Source of the DNA: Octopus bimaculoides
Taxonomy: Eukaryota
Reading direction: 5' to 3'
DNA: 64,000 nt
Assembly: GCF_001194135.2 (NCBI RefSeq)
Contig: NC_068981.1
Span: 144,490,551-144,554,550 of the forward strand
Below, in pieces: positions 23,459 to 36,188 of this stretch. Under the pieces are notes generated by a model. The model had not been told where the DNA came from. It saw only the letters and a list, made by a program, of their open reading frames with translations, and searched no databases. Positions within the stretch are counted from its first letter, which is position 1. Every line of letters starts with the position of its first letter. The position numbers were made by a program, and so were the translations under genes.

Positions 23459-24152
23459 TTATAGGGAATAATTAATAAATTTTTCCCATATGAGGTTTTT
23501 CACGCTANNNNNNNNNNNNNNNNNNNNNNNNNNNNNNNNNNNNNNNNNNNNNNNNNNNNNNNNNNNNNNNNNNNNNNNNNNNNNNNNNNNNNNNNNNNNN
23601 NNNNNNNNNNNNNNNNNNNNNNNNNNNNNNNNNNNNNNNNNNNNNNNNNNNNNNNNNNNNNNNNNNNNNNNNNNNNNNNNNNNNNNNNNNNNNNNNNNNN
23701 NNNNNNNNNNNNNNNNNNNNNNNNNNNNNNNNNNNNNNNNNNNNNNNNNNNNNNNNNNNNNNNNNNNNNNNNNNNNNNNNNNNNNNNNNNNNNNNNNNNN
23801 NNNNNNNNNNNNNNNNNNNNNNNNNNNNNNNNNNNNNNNNNNNNNNNNNNNNNNNNNNNNNNNNNNNNNNNNNNNNNNNNNNNNNNNNNNNNNNNNNNNN
23901 NNNNNNNNNNNNNNNNNNNNNNNNNNNNNNNNNNNNNNNNNNNNNNNNNNNNNNNNNNNNNNNNNNNNNNNNNNNNNNNNNNNNNNNNNNNNNNNNNNNN
24001 NNNNNNNNNNNNNNNNNNNNNNNNNNNNNNNNNNNNNNNNNNNNNNNNNNNNNNNNNNNNNNNNNNNNNNNNNNNNNNNATATATATATATATGTATATA
24101 TATATGTGTGTGTGTGCGTGTTTGAATGTATGTGTGTGTATACATACATAAA

Positions 24153-24184
<32 letters not shown>

Positions 24185-24447
24185 CACATACATATATATG
24201 TACGTTTTCATGTATGTGTACAATATAAAAATCTGATCCGGCTATCAGGTCACAAATGTAAGTAAATCCCGACGTAATTTAATTGGACGAATGAAACGAA
24301 AATCCAGGATATATAAGCTGTAAAGTTTCCATTGATGTGCATATAAGCAAAAAACAAGAGATTTGAGGGAAAGAGCTTCAAAAATTTTCTTTAGTGTTTA
24401 CAGCTGTTACTTCTCTCAAAAATCTTGGCTTCTCACCACCCCTCCTT

Positions 24448-24890
24448 TTTTTTACTCTTTTACTTGTTTCAGTCATTTTGACTGTGGCCATGCTGGAGCA
24501 CCGCCTTTTAGTCGAGCAAATTGACCCCAGGATTTATTCTTTGTGAGCTTAGTACTTATTCTATCGGTTATTTTGCCGAACCGCTAAGTTACGGGGACAT
24601 AAACACACCACCATCAGTTGTCAAGCGATGTTGGGGGGACAGACACAGACACACAAACATATACTCACACACACAAACACGCAAACACACACACACCCAC
24701 ACACACACACATATATATTTACATATACATATATACAACGGGCTTCTTTCAGTTTCCATCTACCAAATCCACTCACGAGGCTTTGGTCGGCCCGAGGCTA
24801 TAGTAGAAGACACTTTCCCAAGGTGCCACGCAGTGGGACTGAACCCGGAACCATGTGGTTGGTGAGCAAGCTACTTACCACACAGCCACT
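24448..24890 (-). mobile_element. Near full-length SINE family A (tRNA-like head, CCTTGGG(C/A)AAG core, internal CA/TA tract, (GTAAAAGA)-like tail)
   Basis: Reverse complement reads GTGGCTGTGTGGTAAGTAGCTTGC...GGTTCCGGGTTCAGTCCCACTGCGTGGCACCTTGGG...CCAGCATGGCCACAGTCAAAATGACTGAAACAAGTAAAAGAG. Confidence 0.93.
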
Positions 24891-25043
24891 CATATAAATA
24901 TGTGTGTGTGTATTCGTGTACATGCGCATGCGCATGTGTGCTATAAATTGCTGTCATACTCATTAAATCATTTTATAAATTTTATAGGGACTATCAGAAA
25001 TGCTTCGAGATTCTGATGGTATTATTTCCAAACGCTGATATAA

Positions 25044-25074
<31 letters not shown>

Positions 25075-25075
<1 letters not shown>

Positions 25076-25290
25076 TGGCTTCATGTTTTGGTACAAGGCC
25101 TTCATTTTCTAAGCTAGGGGTAAGTCGATCACATAGATCCCAGTGCTAAACCGATACTTATTTTATCGACCCCGAAAGGATGAAAAGCAAAGTTGACCTC
25201 GGTGGGATTTGAACTCAGAATGTGATAGACGGATACAATGCCGCTAAGCATTTTGCCTGGCAGCGTAATGACGTTTCTACCAGGTCACCA
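25075..25290 (-). mobile_element. SINE family B copy
   Basis: TTATCGACCCCGAAAGGATGAAAAGCAAAGTTGACCTCGGTGGGATTTGAACTCAGAA. Confidence 0.85.
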
Positions 25291-25784
25291 TCTTCATATA
25301 TAGATATATTGAAATGCATTATATATTAGGAACATATCGCGTTTCACGTAGCTGGTTATAGATTAAAAAGAATATTTATTAGCCCCAAAAGAAAAAAATT
25401 CCCCTTCGGTGATATTTCAATGTTTCACAAATGAATATTAGCTGGTTCATTTCCAAATGATTTTATTTGTTTTTGACCCCTGAAAAGGTTCTGTGTGTAT
25501 TAATATAATACAAGGATCCAGTTGCCATAAAAATGATCATACTCCCGATATGTAATGAATGCTTTGAACTGTTCTTCATTTAGTTGTTTATATCATTATA
25601 TGTGTGCGTGTGTGAATGTGGGTGTTTGTGTGTGTTTGTGTGTATGCGTGACTGTGTGTGTTAAGTAATTTTAACAATAACTATCATTCATTTACTGATG
25701 ATGAAACTCAGCACTAAAAGCCGTTTCCTTTTTCTTTTTCATTTAGAACTAATTTTGATCGGCCACCTTCTTAGTAGCCATATT

Positions 25785-25998
25785 CGTTTCTACTCTAGGC
25801 ACATAGGCTGAAATTTTGGGGCAGGGGATCAGTTGATTAGATCGACTCCAGTATGCAACTGGTACTTAATTTATCGACCCTGAAAGGATGAAAGGCAAAG
25901 TCGACCTCGGCAGAATTTGAACTCAGAACGTAAAGACAGACGAAATACCGCTAAGCATTTCGCCCGGCGTGATAACGTTTATGCCAGCTCGCTGCCCT
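25785..25998 (-). mobile_element. Full-length SINE family B with 17-bp target-site duplication
   Basis: TTCTTAGTAGCCATATT at 25768-25784 and 25999-26015. Confidence 0.93.
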
Positions 25999-26293
25999 TT
26001 CTTAGTAGCCATATTGCGAAAAAGTGCGTCTTGTTCTATTCCTTGTCATTTAAATGTTAAAGTCTTGCAGATCTTTGTTGTACTAGATATTGTGATGATT
26101 TGTAGTGTATGAATTAAGGAGTAGCGTTGTCTTCCCAAGAACCCAAGTTCAGCCATTCTTTGCTCCATGTATGTATGTATGTAGGTAGGTAGGTAGGTAG
26201 GTTGGTGTGTTTATGTATGTATGTACGTATGTATGTATGTATGTATGTATGTATATATGTATGAGTGTGATCTCTGTCTGAAACAACATTCTC

Positions 26294-26335
<42 letters not shown>

Positions 26336-28058
26336 TTCTAGTAATTAAGCATTAAGTAATTAGGCATTAAGCAACTGCCACGCAGAGCAATTAATTGCAT
26401 ATCAATTTGAAATTCGGAAATGGAAATATTTAGAAAGTGTTCAAATGCACTGATAATCAGGTGCAGGAAGATCGCGTCGTCGACGACGCTGTCCACGTAA
26501 TGTATTATTGTCAATGTAGATGAGAAACAATGAGTATTGTTGACAACTGTTTAACAGTAATACTCCCGAGATGAAGATTAAAACAAAACAATGACGTCTT
26601 TATGTTCAAATTTCGTAGGAGAAAACAGGATATCGTAAATCATTTCGTTCTACTTTCAGTTTGTTTTTAAATTGCTAATCTGTCAGGAATGTTATAAAAT
26701 CATTTACTGAAACTTTAAATTAGATTACTTAAATTTTCTCTAGATTCAATAAAAGACAATTATTTTCAAAGTGATCAAATGACTGTGAATACGACCTTAA
26801 AACCAATATTAATATATATGATATGTTAAATGGCAGAAGGGCTATCATTTATTGCTTCTTCATTGCACGTGAAATTAATATTAAAACGTGGAAAGTGGGA
26901 TGAAAAATTCATCGTTTTTGTTTTCAACTCTTTTAATCTCTCTTCTGTTATATTATAATATTTATATCGAGGAATTTTCATTTCTCTTCCTATTGACAAT
27001 CTTAATGTATGTACACATCCTTCCTCCTCCTCCACCACCGCCCACTAGCTCTCATTAAATAATTTCATGCCGCTCACAACTTGAAACATTAATTTATTAA
27101 CATTTAATACGGTTTAAATCTCAAATTCTTCACAACAGATTTGGTAATTTGATTAATTCTATTTAGATCAGCTTTAGTACCTGTCAGATTTTTGCTGGAA
27201 AAAAATCGGTATAAATACTTTAAATAGAAGATTGCAACAAAAATAATATATATATGAAAAAGAAAGCATGAAAAATATTTACTAAAATTGTAAAGATAAA
27301 ACGCAAATAGTAATTTCATTCATTGTTATTTGTTTATGAGATTAATTTTCATATTGTTGGCATGTGTTATATGAGTGGCCGATGGGTGAAATTGAAGTAG
27401 ATGAGATATAAAATTTTCATAACGTTCTAATTTATACTTTGAGATAATTTTATTAATTTTGATATCTGTTATCAACAGTGGTCAGCTCCCTTGTTAGATG
27501 CACGATTTATCCAAAATATACGAAGACTGGTTCCTACTGTTTGTCTGTGTGTTAATGGATCCACAGTTAATAGGTCCGCAATTAATAGGTTATCATGATT
27601 ATGAGATGGCCCATTTCTCAGGGATTGGTGGCATCTTCTGGTTAAAGGTTTTCTAAATAATCTTTCTCATTAATGAGAAATACGAGTGTGCAAAAACGAG
27701 TGTAGGAACGACTATTTATAATAAAATTAAGCTGATTTCCAACATTTTAAACTTACCCAACGCTAAGACGAAAAAAGAAGGATTAAATGCATGCAAACAT
27801 TATTTCATCTTCTCATTTATAAGAAGTAGGGGTTGTCAAAAACATTCAGTATTTGGGTGGGAATATTTTCTTGTGTCAGAGTCTCTAAACTAAGGAAAGC
27901 TAAATCGAGGACTAGAAGCTAAATTGAAGGTGATATTAAGAATTTGAAGCTTTTACAATGAAATGCACCAAAACACTAGAAGTTGGAAGGCGCATGTAAA
28001 TGTCCTATGATTTACTGGGAGATAGAACGCAAAGAGAAACATAGTTAACATTAAAATA

Positions 28059-28230
28059 GGCGCAAGATGTGTGGTAAGTAGCTTGTTTACCAACCACATG
28101 GCTCCGGGTTCAGTCCCACTGCGTGGCACCTTGGGCAAGTGTCTTCTACTATAGCCTCGGGCCGACCAAAGCCTTGTGAGTGGATTTGGTAGACGGAAAC
28201 TGAAAGAAGCCCGTCGTATATATGTATATG

Positions 28231-28310
<80 letters not shown>

Positions 28311-28508
28311 TGTGTTTGTCCCCCCAACATTGCTTGACAACCGATGTGTGTTTACGTCCCCGTAACGTAGCGGTTCAGCAAAAGGTGACCGATAGAATAA
28401 GCACTAGGCTTACAAAGAATAAGTCTTGGGGTCGATTTGCTCGACTAAAGGCGATGCTCTAGCATGGCCGCAGTCAAATGACTGAAACAAGTAAAAGAGT
28501 AAAGAGTA
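28059..28508 (+). mobile_element. Full-length SINE family A
   Basis: GGCGCAAGATGTGTGGTAAGTAGCTTG...GGTTCAGTCCCACTGCGTGGCACCTTGGGCAAGTGTC...AAGTAAAAGAGTAAAGAG. Confidence 0.93.
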
Positions 28509-30539
28509 TAGTCGATAATATATGTATTATCTTGGGAAACATTATTCTATGTATCCTGCCATTTTAAAAACACTTTTGTGTAATTGATGGAGATATAATT
28601 CCTATTTTTTGACAAGTGGTGGAGATCAAATACGCTTTGTCCGCTTCTGCCATGGCCAGGTACATAGTAAAACTAGAACTGAACTTTGCAAAATAACGAA
28701 TCATATGTTGTAGTGCTCACAATTGTTTGAGGGGTAAACCTCTAGAAAGGACCTATTTTCAATTGAAGGAGTTTTGGTGACGCACTCCAAGCGGTGATAA
28801 ATTTGACCAATTTGACCTATTAAAATTCCTTGTTCTAACTGGGTTCGAGTTTTAGATGGAGAAACAGTCTATCTGTCAGCTTCTTGAACGAAGCACGAAC
28901 TAGTTCCAGATATTTTAGAAATCCAAATCTTAGACATAAATGCTACTGAACATCAACCTAATTAATTTTAGCATTGTTGAAGGGTCATGAAGGCCACTGA
29001 CGTACACTTCTCCTAGGCGATACATATAAAAGATATAAAAGTTCAGCAAAGATATATAAGAAAAACATTGGGGAAGGAGATGTAGTATAAATAATGTGTA
29101 AATTGATTGTATCTAAAACTAATAATATCACACTTACTAAATATGTGCCAACCTAAACTTTTATCATGAATCTATTTGTAATAAGTATTTAATATTTCCA
29201 CTGCTTCTTAGAAAATTTAAAGAAGGATTAATGATATCTTCAAATCGCAACGAATCTATATTCGTATATTTCTAATCAGATTTAGAAAAGTAGATTCGAC
29301 AAAATACTTTGGTATTTAATGATAAATACTATTGGATCATTATTTATTTAAATCTTTTAGATTGCCTTTAATTATTGAACTGTAGTCATACTGGGGATTT
29401 CCTACTAGGGTTTCTCTCAATTATACTGACTCTGCCATTAGTCTGGTGCTAATTTTATCGATTTCCGGATCCCTCTTTATTGAGTGGTTGAATTGACCAA
29501 AATGGTTTCGTTCATTTGTTCGGTAGTTGCTACAAGAAAATATCGATTTATGTCAATATACACAAACACTGATACACTCTCATACACACACACACATACA
29601 TGCTTGCATGAATGCATACACACATACATGCATACAGACATACGCACATACATGCATACACACATACATACATACATACATACATACATACATTACGGAT
29701 TTCTGCATAGCTTCCTCTCTACCAATTTTACTCAGGAAACAGTTGTCAAATTGTGGTTATTGTAGAAGACACTAACAGTGCAAGGCATCAGGCGGGCGAA
29801 TCGGACCGGGGATATATAAATACAGCGAAATTCTTAATCACACAGCCATGCCTGTATCCAGTTATAGAACAATACGAATAAATTCATTTTGCTTTAAATA
29901 AGTTTACTTAGACAGGAATGATAGTGTGCGTTCTGGAAAATCTTCGTATAACGAAGAATTTCGTAATGCAAAACCATTTTTTTGTTGATTTCGACGTTAT
30001 AAATCGAGATGCATTCCAATGGATAATTTAGGGGGAAAAAAAACGAAAACAATACATCCAGTTTTATGCATGAAAATATTTTTTTAAAACTCATGCGGTA
30101 CAGTAAGTATACACAAAAAATTTATTTGCAGAGAAATATATTAGGAAATAGATAAGAATACGACAATATGGCCACTTCACAAATGAAGGTGACTATCGTG
30201 TGATGAGAAGACGTGCAGTAGAAGTTACTGAAAAGGAAAAGAGCATTTTAATCTACTTTGAAGATCACCATTGTCATTAGCATCTACTTTAGAGGTGAAG
30301 AGCTTTTCTTAGCTTATTTGAAATTTAAGATGTTCAGTCTCTTTTGTACAGCTCAGTGCCGGAAGTGAGATCATTGTGGGCTCTCGTAATCACAATCAGA
30401 GTCATTATCAGCGAAGCCTTGTAGGTCTCTCTCTATAAGTGGCAAAACTTTAGCCATAGTCTTTACAGTCAACTGAAGGGGAGTAGATGGAGCCTTTATA
30501 TGCCTTACTTACACTGCCTCTCCCTTTATTCTTATTATA

Positions 30540-30830
30540 TCATTACCTCATTAGATCAATTTTCTCTGCGAAACTTCAGTATCTAAAAACATCATCTTGC
30601 GAACTCTTCAAATTCTGCGTCTTTTTCCCGTGTTGTAATATCTTTTCAACTTCATGCAGAAAACTGCTAAAGCTACAAATATATTCTAGTCATATGTTTT
30701 GTCAAATACCATTTATAGTTGAAGTTTCCATTTCATCCCACGACTCAGCCACATTATCCACAATATCCATAATGTTGATATTTTCCCCAAGTTCTCAGAC
30801 AACATGCCTTGAAACTAATTCTCGTAACTT
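30540..30830 (-). mobile_element. pogo/Tigger-like transposase C-terminal relic
   Basis: ENINIMDIVDNVAESWDEMETSTINGI*QNI*LE resembles the Tigger I.DA...I..AW.EV...T...W.KLW motif, with both Trp codons mutated to TGA. Confidence 0.6.
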
Positions 30831-30962
30831 GGTCTATTAGCTGAAAGGAAAGAAATATGTTCTTTTTCTTGTAACGCAGCAAAATCAATCAAGTCACCGG
30901 ATTTCTTGATGTCTTGTCTAAAAGGAGCAATGCTTTGTTGGTAATATTAAGCTTCTTATTGA

Positions 30963-31180
30963 GACGGCGAGCTGGCTGCATCGTTAGCATGCCGAGAAAA
31001 ATGCTTAGTAGCATTTTGTCCATCATTATGTTCTGAGTTCAAATTGCGCCGAGGTCGACTTTGCTTTTCATCCTTTGGGGGTCGATAAAATAAATACCAG
31101 CTAAGCATTGGAGTGGATATAATCAATTTGCTCTGTCCTCGAAATTGCTGCACTAACGCCAACATTTGAAACCAATATTA
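30963..31180 (+). mobile_element. SINE family B copy
   Basis: GACGGCGAGCTGG...GTTCTGAGTTCAAATTGCGCCGAGGTCGACTTTGCTTTTCATCCTTTGGGGGTCGATAAAATAAATACCAG. Confidence 0.9.
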
Positions 31181-31601
31181 CGCATATGTATACATATATA
31201 TATATATAGAAACCGTGATTTAAGTTTTTAAAATTCTCAAAATTTAACCTTGTTTCCGTAAGCAAAATTACGAGCCATGTACCGAAATTAGTACTTATAC
31301 TTTACGAATTTCATAAAAGACAATTCCAAACCATATTATCCAAAATTCTGTGGATGCTTGTAATATGACTTCATCAAGACGCAATTGTTTAAATTTCGAC
31401 AATCAACATGGTTTATTTAAAATTTTCTAGATACACTTTGCTTGTTCATCTTTATTGCTGATGGAATCATATGTACTTCTCACCAGAGAATCAGCTGTCA
31501 CAGACTAGCTTAATTTGCAAGAAATTGCAGCTTAATTCTATCCAATTACACTCTACTAACTTTAAAAAGGGCGGTAATATCATATAATGTGGTCTTATAT
31601 T

Positions 31602-32124
31602 TTTCATCTTTTACTTGTTACAGTCATTTGACTTTAGCCATGCTAATCCACTGCCTTGAAGGGTTTTAGTCGAACAAATCAACCCCAGCACTTATTTTCT
31701 TAAGCCTGATACTTATTGTATCGGTGTCATTGGACAAACCGCTAAGTTACAGGGACGTAAGCACACAAACGCCGATTGACAAGCAGTGGGGTGGGGAAAA
31801 ACACAGACACAAAGAGACACACACACATCGATATATACATATACATATGTACGACGGGCTTCTTTCAGTTTTCGTCTACGAAATCCACTCACAAGTGTTT
31901 GGTCGGTCCGAAGCTATAGTAGAAGACACTTATCCAAGGTGCCACGCATTAGGACTGAGCCTGGGACCATATGAGGTTTTTAAAGCCTCGTACTTATTCT
32001 ATAGGTCTCTTTTGTCGAACCGCTAAGTTACAGGGACGGAAGTACACCAACACCGGTTGTCAGGCGGTGGGAGTAGACAAACACAGGCACAAAGAGACAC
32101 ACAGATACGTAGATACCTACATGC

Positions 32125-32161
<37 letters not shown>

Positions 32162-33255
32162 NNNNNNNNNNNNNNNNNNNNNNNNNNNNNNNNNNNNNNN
32201 NNNNNNNNNNNNNNNNNNNNNNNNNNNNNNNNNNNNNNNNNNNNNNNNNNNNNNNNNNNNNNNNNNNNNNNNNNNNNNNNNNNNNNNNNNNNNNNNNNNN
32301 NNNNNNNNNNNNNNNNNNNNNNNNNNNNNNNNNNNNNNNNNNNNNNNNNNNNNNNNNNNNNNNNNNNNNNNNNNNNNNNNNNNNNNNNNNNNNNNNNNNN
32401 NNNNNNNNNNNNNNNNNNNNNNNNNNNNNNNNNNNNNNNNNNNNNNNNNNNNNNNNNNNNNNNNNNNNNNNNNNNNNNNNNNNNNNNNNNNNNNNNNNNN
32501 NNNNNNNNNNNNNNNNNNNNNNNNNNNNNNNNNNNNNNNNNNNNNNNNNNNNNNNNNNNNNNNNNNNNNNNNNNNNNNNNNNNNNNNNNNNNNNNNNNNN
32601 NNNNNNNNNNNNNNNNNNNNNNNNNNNNNNNNNNNNNNNNNNNNNNNNNNNNNNNNNNNNNNNNNNNNNNNNNNNNNNNNNNNNNNNNNNNNNNNNNNNN
32701 NNNNNNNNNNNNNNNNNNNNNNNNNNNNNNNNNNNNNNNNNNNNNNNNNNNNNNNNNNNNNNNNNNNNNNNNNNNNNNNNNNNNNNNNNNNNNNNNNNNN
32801 NNNNNNNNNNNNNNNNNNNNNNNNNNNNNNNNNNNNNNNNNNNNNNNNNNNNNNNNNNNNNNNNNNNNNNNNNNNNNNNNNNNNNNNNNNNNNNNNNNNN
32901 NNNNNNNNNNNNNNNNNNNNNNNNNNNNNNNNNNNNNNNNNNNNNNNNNNNNNNNNNNNNNNNNNNNNNNNNNNNNNNNNNNNNNNNNNNNNNNNNNNNN
33001 NATATATATACATACATACATACATACATAAATACATACATACATACATGCAGACACACACAAACACACACACACACACACACATATATTCTACAGGCTT
33101 CTTTCAGTTTTCGTTTACTATATCCACTCACAAGGTTTTGGTCGGCCCAAGGCTATAGTAGAAGTCACTTTCCTAAAGTACCACGTAGAGGGGCTGGACC
33201 CGGAACTATGTGATTGGAAAGCAAGCTTCTTACCACACATCCACGCCTGCACCTA
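31602..33255 (-). mobile_element. Two adjacent SINE family A copies (31602-31968 and about 31975-33255), the second spanning an assembly gap
   Basis: Repeated family A blocks GAACCGCTAAGTTACAGGGACG, GGCTTCTTTCAGTTTTCGT and GCTATAGTAGAAG. Confidence 0.85.
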
Positions 33256-34761
33256 TATACAGGAAGGCGGAATTGTTATGGCTGGGATACTTTCATAATA
33301 AATCTGTTTATTCAGAGTCTACTTGGAGAGAAAAATGAACAATAACAACAAGAAAGTCAAAACGTACTTCTGTCGTTAGATCACAGAAATGCGGCCTAGA
33401 AATCCACGCTTTTCATCTTACATAGCATTTATAATATTTGGGAAAAAGTTAATTCAGTTTTTATTTCACCTAAAAGACTAACAAAGATAATATTAAAGCG
33501 ATTAAAATAGTAAACGTAACGGATTTTTTTTTTAAAGCAGAGGTAAGATACAAATTCAATTATTTTCCTATTCAATCAATTATGTAGATGTTGTTGTTGT
33601 TGCTGATGCTATTAAAGATAACCAGGAGTTGTGATGAAAATAATCAAACATCGTGTCGTCGCCGCCGGCATCATCATTATCATCATCATTATCAACATCA
33701 TCATAATCAATCATCATCACTATCATCATTTTATTATCAAAGCTAGAAATCAAATTTGATTTGAGAATAGTTTATTGTTTTTCTAGAACTTAAAACGTGG
33801 ATAAGATTCTAATTCTCCTTCCAAATACATTAGTAACGTTAAATCTTTTCCAAACACTTTCAATTTAATTAAAGTTATTTTAATAACAAACATTGGTTTA
33901 TCTACAAAAGACTGTTTATTTTTATTTATTTTATTATACTAACTTCTTTAACATAATGCAATTTTGCGGAGACTATTGGAGAGGGTTTTTTTTTTTAATA
34001 TGGTTTTCTCTAAGTCGGCCTTGTGAAGCTCGTTTCTGTAAGCTAGCTGTTTGCAAACACTGCGTCATAGCGCCTTGGTGGCCTTTAGGTGCGCCGGCAG
34101 GTTTGAAAGATATTTTGTCAGGCTTTACAAAATCTATATTGATACTAGAGCATCTAGGAACAAATATGCTAGTTATAATATAGTTACATACATGAATAAT
34201 TATTAAAAAGTGGTAAACAATAATAGTTAAGAAATATTTCTCCAAATTTTTAAACTTTGAAACAGTTTCTTTTTAATTTAAAGTGCACTCTTCATTAGCT
34301 TTAATGAGCACCACGAACTCAAAACACTGAGAACCATTAATCTAAGTTATGCCTTATATACGGTTTTGTATTCGATTTTACAAAGCAATAAAACACTTCT
34401 CGGTTATATAGCATTTTCCTGAGTTCAGAATTGAGCTTTACACCAGCATGATGTATAGATATGATTAGGTAAATTGTGGATGTCTTAGTAATAGTCAGAA
34501 GACAGCCGTAATAAAATTATATATATCCTCAATACGTTGACTAATGGGAAGTCATTCTATGTATTCTGCCAGGTTTCTCTGCCATCATTTCTCTAGTGTG
34601 ACTAAGTAGCACGGAACAAACTATTGTAATTTTTCAGACACACTTTTTAGGAATAAAACGTTTCTTATTTATTAGCTAAAAGTATTTTTCAAGTATTGAT
34701 ATTAATAAAATCATTTATACTCCCACTAAAATCTGATGCTTTCTAGCAATGACAAAAATTT

Positions 34762-34860
34762 ATATTTATATCTACACTACGTTTCGATCGTCATTAGTAA
34801 TAAAACACCTGATAAAAACCTGAGACAGAAGCAATCGAAATGTAAAGTACATATAAATAT
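34762..34860. repeat. 27-bp imperfect inverted repeat; each arm carries the GAAA half of a hammerhead-like motif
   Basis: 34762-34788 matches the reverse complement of 34834-34860 at 23/27. Minus CTAATGA-CGATC-GAAACGTA; plus CTGAGA-CAGAAGCAATC-GAAATGTA. Confidence 0.6.
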
Positions 34861-35984
34861 TGGGTTTTAACACTTGCACAAAAGTAAAAAGTGAAGTTAA
34901 CATGGACGTCATTTGAATTTAAAACTAAAAGAAACGTAACTAAATACCGCAATTCATTTTGCCCGGTAATTGAACGATCTCACATTAAAATTTCGGTTAA
35001 ATGATGAGTGAGTTAACTCTACCTCGGTACTTGATTGGTTCTTATTAAAAAGTGTATCACTATAGATGGAGTCGTTAGTCTGAAAATCTATAAACTTATA
35101 AATAACAAGATTTCTTCTATTTAAGAAAGATGTCTCTTAAAAAGGAACGTAACGTATTATAACATAAAAATAGATTTCGATAAAATGTATGCTTTTAAAT
35201 GATAAGACTGAAATTTTGTTAATAAAAAAACAAAAAAGCAAAGCATGATAAAATATTTTGTACATCACAATGTGATGTTTTCAAGTGACAACACACTTTA
35301 AAAAGAACCATTTACATTACATTAATGCTAATTACAATCATTGAATATTTTTTAAAGAAACAAACAGAAAAAAAATAATAAATGTCTAATTTAGTTGTAA
35401 CATTCCTATTTACAGAGTTAATATAAAAGACCTGAAGATGGTGTAGTACTGACAGATATCTGACCCGGACCAGCAGGTCTGTTTGTTTTTAGATATTATA
35501 TATCAAATCTGGGTACAGTATGATCAAATGTCTAAGAAGTTCACTTCGTAATCACGCGTTCCCTTATTCGATCTCATTGACACAGTGAGAATCTTGGACA
35601 AGTGTCATTTTCCATAGCCATGTTTGATTCATTCGGTAAATGGAAACTGTACAGATGCCTGCCGGTTGGATTGGACGTGTAATTCATAGGCGCAAAATTT
35701 GTCACACTGTGTCACGCGCATTTCGTCAATGAATATTAAGGTTATACACATGTCTGTGGAATACTCAGTCGCTTATTAGTTTGTTCATTAAGCTCAGTTG
35801 ATTGAACAACTGAAAACTCATGGTTTGCAATTGCAACTGTGATGAATGTATCTAATTCTACGTGACCCGATGTAATTTTAGCAACAATTCTGTTTAAGGC
35901 TGTAGGGCAAGATTTAAGTGAAATTAGGTACTACAGTTAGCAAATGCAGCGGTCGAGGCATCCTTGTTTATTCATTTTAATTTT

Positions 35985-36188
35985 GGTATAAGGCCAGTAA
36001 TTTAGAGAGGAGGTAGAAGCCTATTACATCAATACAAGTACTGAACTGGTACTTATTTTATAGATCCGGAATTGATGTAAAACAAAGTCAACCTTGGATT
36101 CATAAGTACTTAGAACGTAAAGAGCTAGCAGAAATGCCGCCAAGCATTTTGTCCGACGCACTAACAAGTCTGCTAGTTCGCTGCCTTC
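35985..36188 (-). mobile_element. SINE family B (diverged)
   Basis: GAACTGGTACTTATTTTATAGATCC...AAAGTCAACCTTGG...AAATGCCGCCAAGCATTTTGTCCG...GTTCGCTGCC. Confidence 0.7.

Noticed and set aside
26826-27038. 70-aa ORF with weak similarity to the Penelope IKFT.E.E thumb motif
   Set aside because: No neighbouring RT motifs were found.
28059-28140. tRNA-like A/B boxes here and at other SINE heads
   Set aside because: They are SINE 5' ends followed by SINE body, with no acceptor stem or complete cloverleaf.
33893-34245. Overlapping ORFs on both strands around a small GC-rich patch
   Set aside because: No recognisable domain or consistent splice pair.
35420-35480. CTGAAGA inside a GACCTG/CAGGTC inverted repeat
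   Set aside because: No downstream GAAA box, so not a hammerhead.
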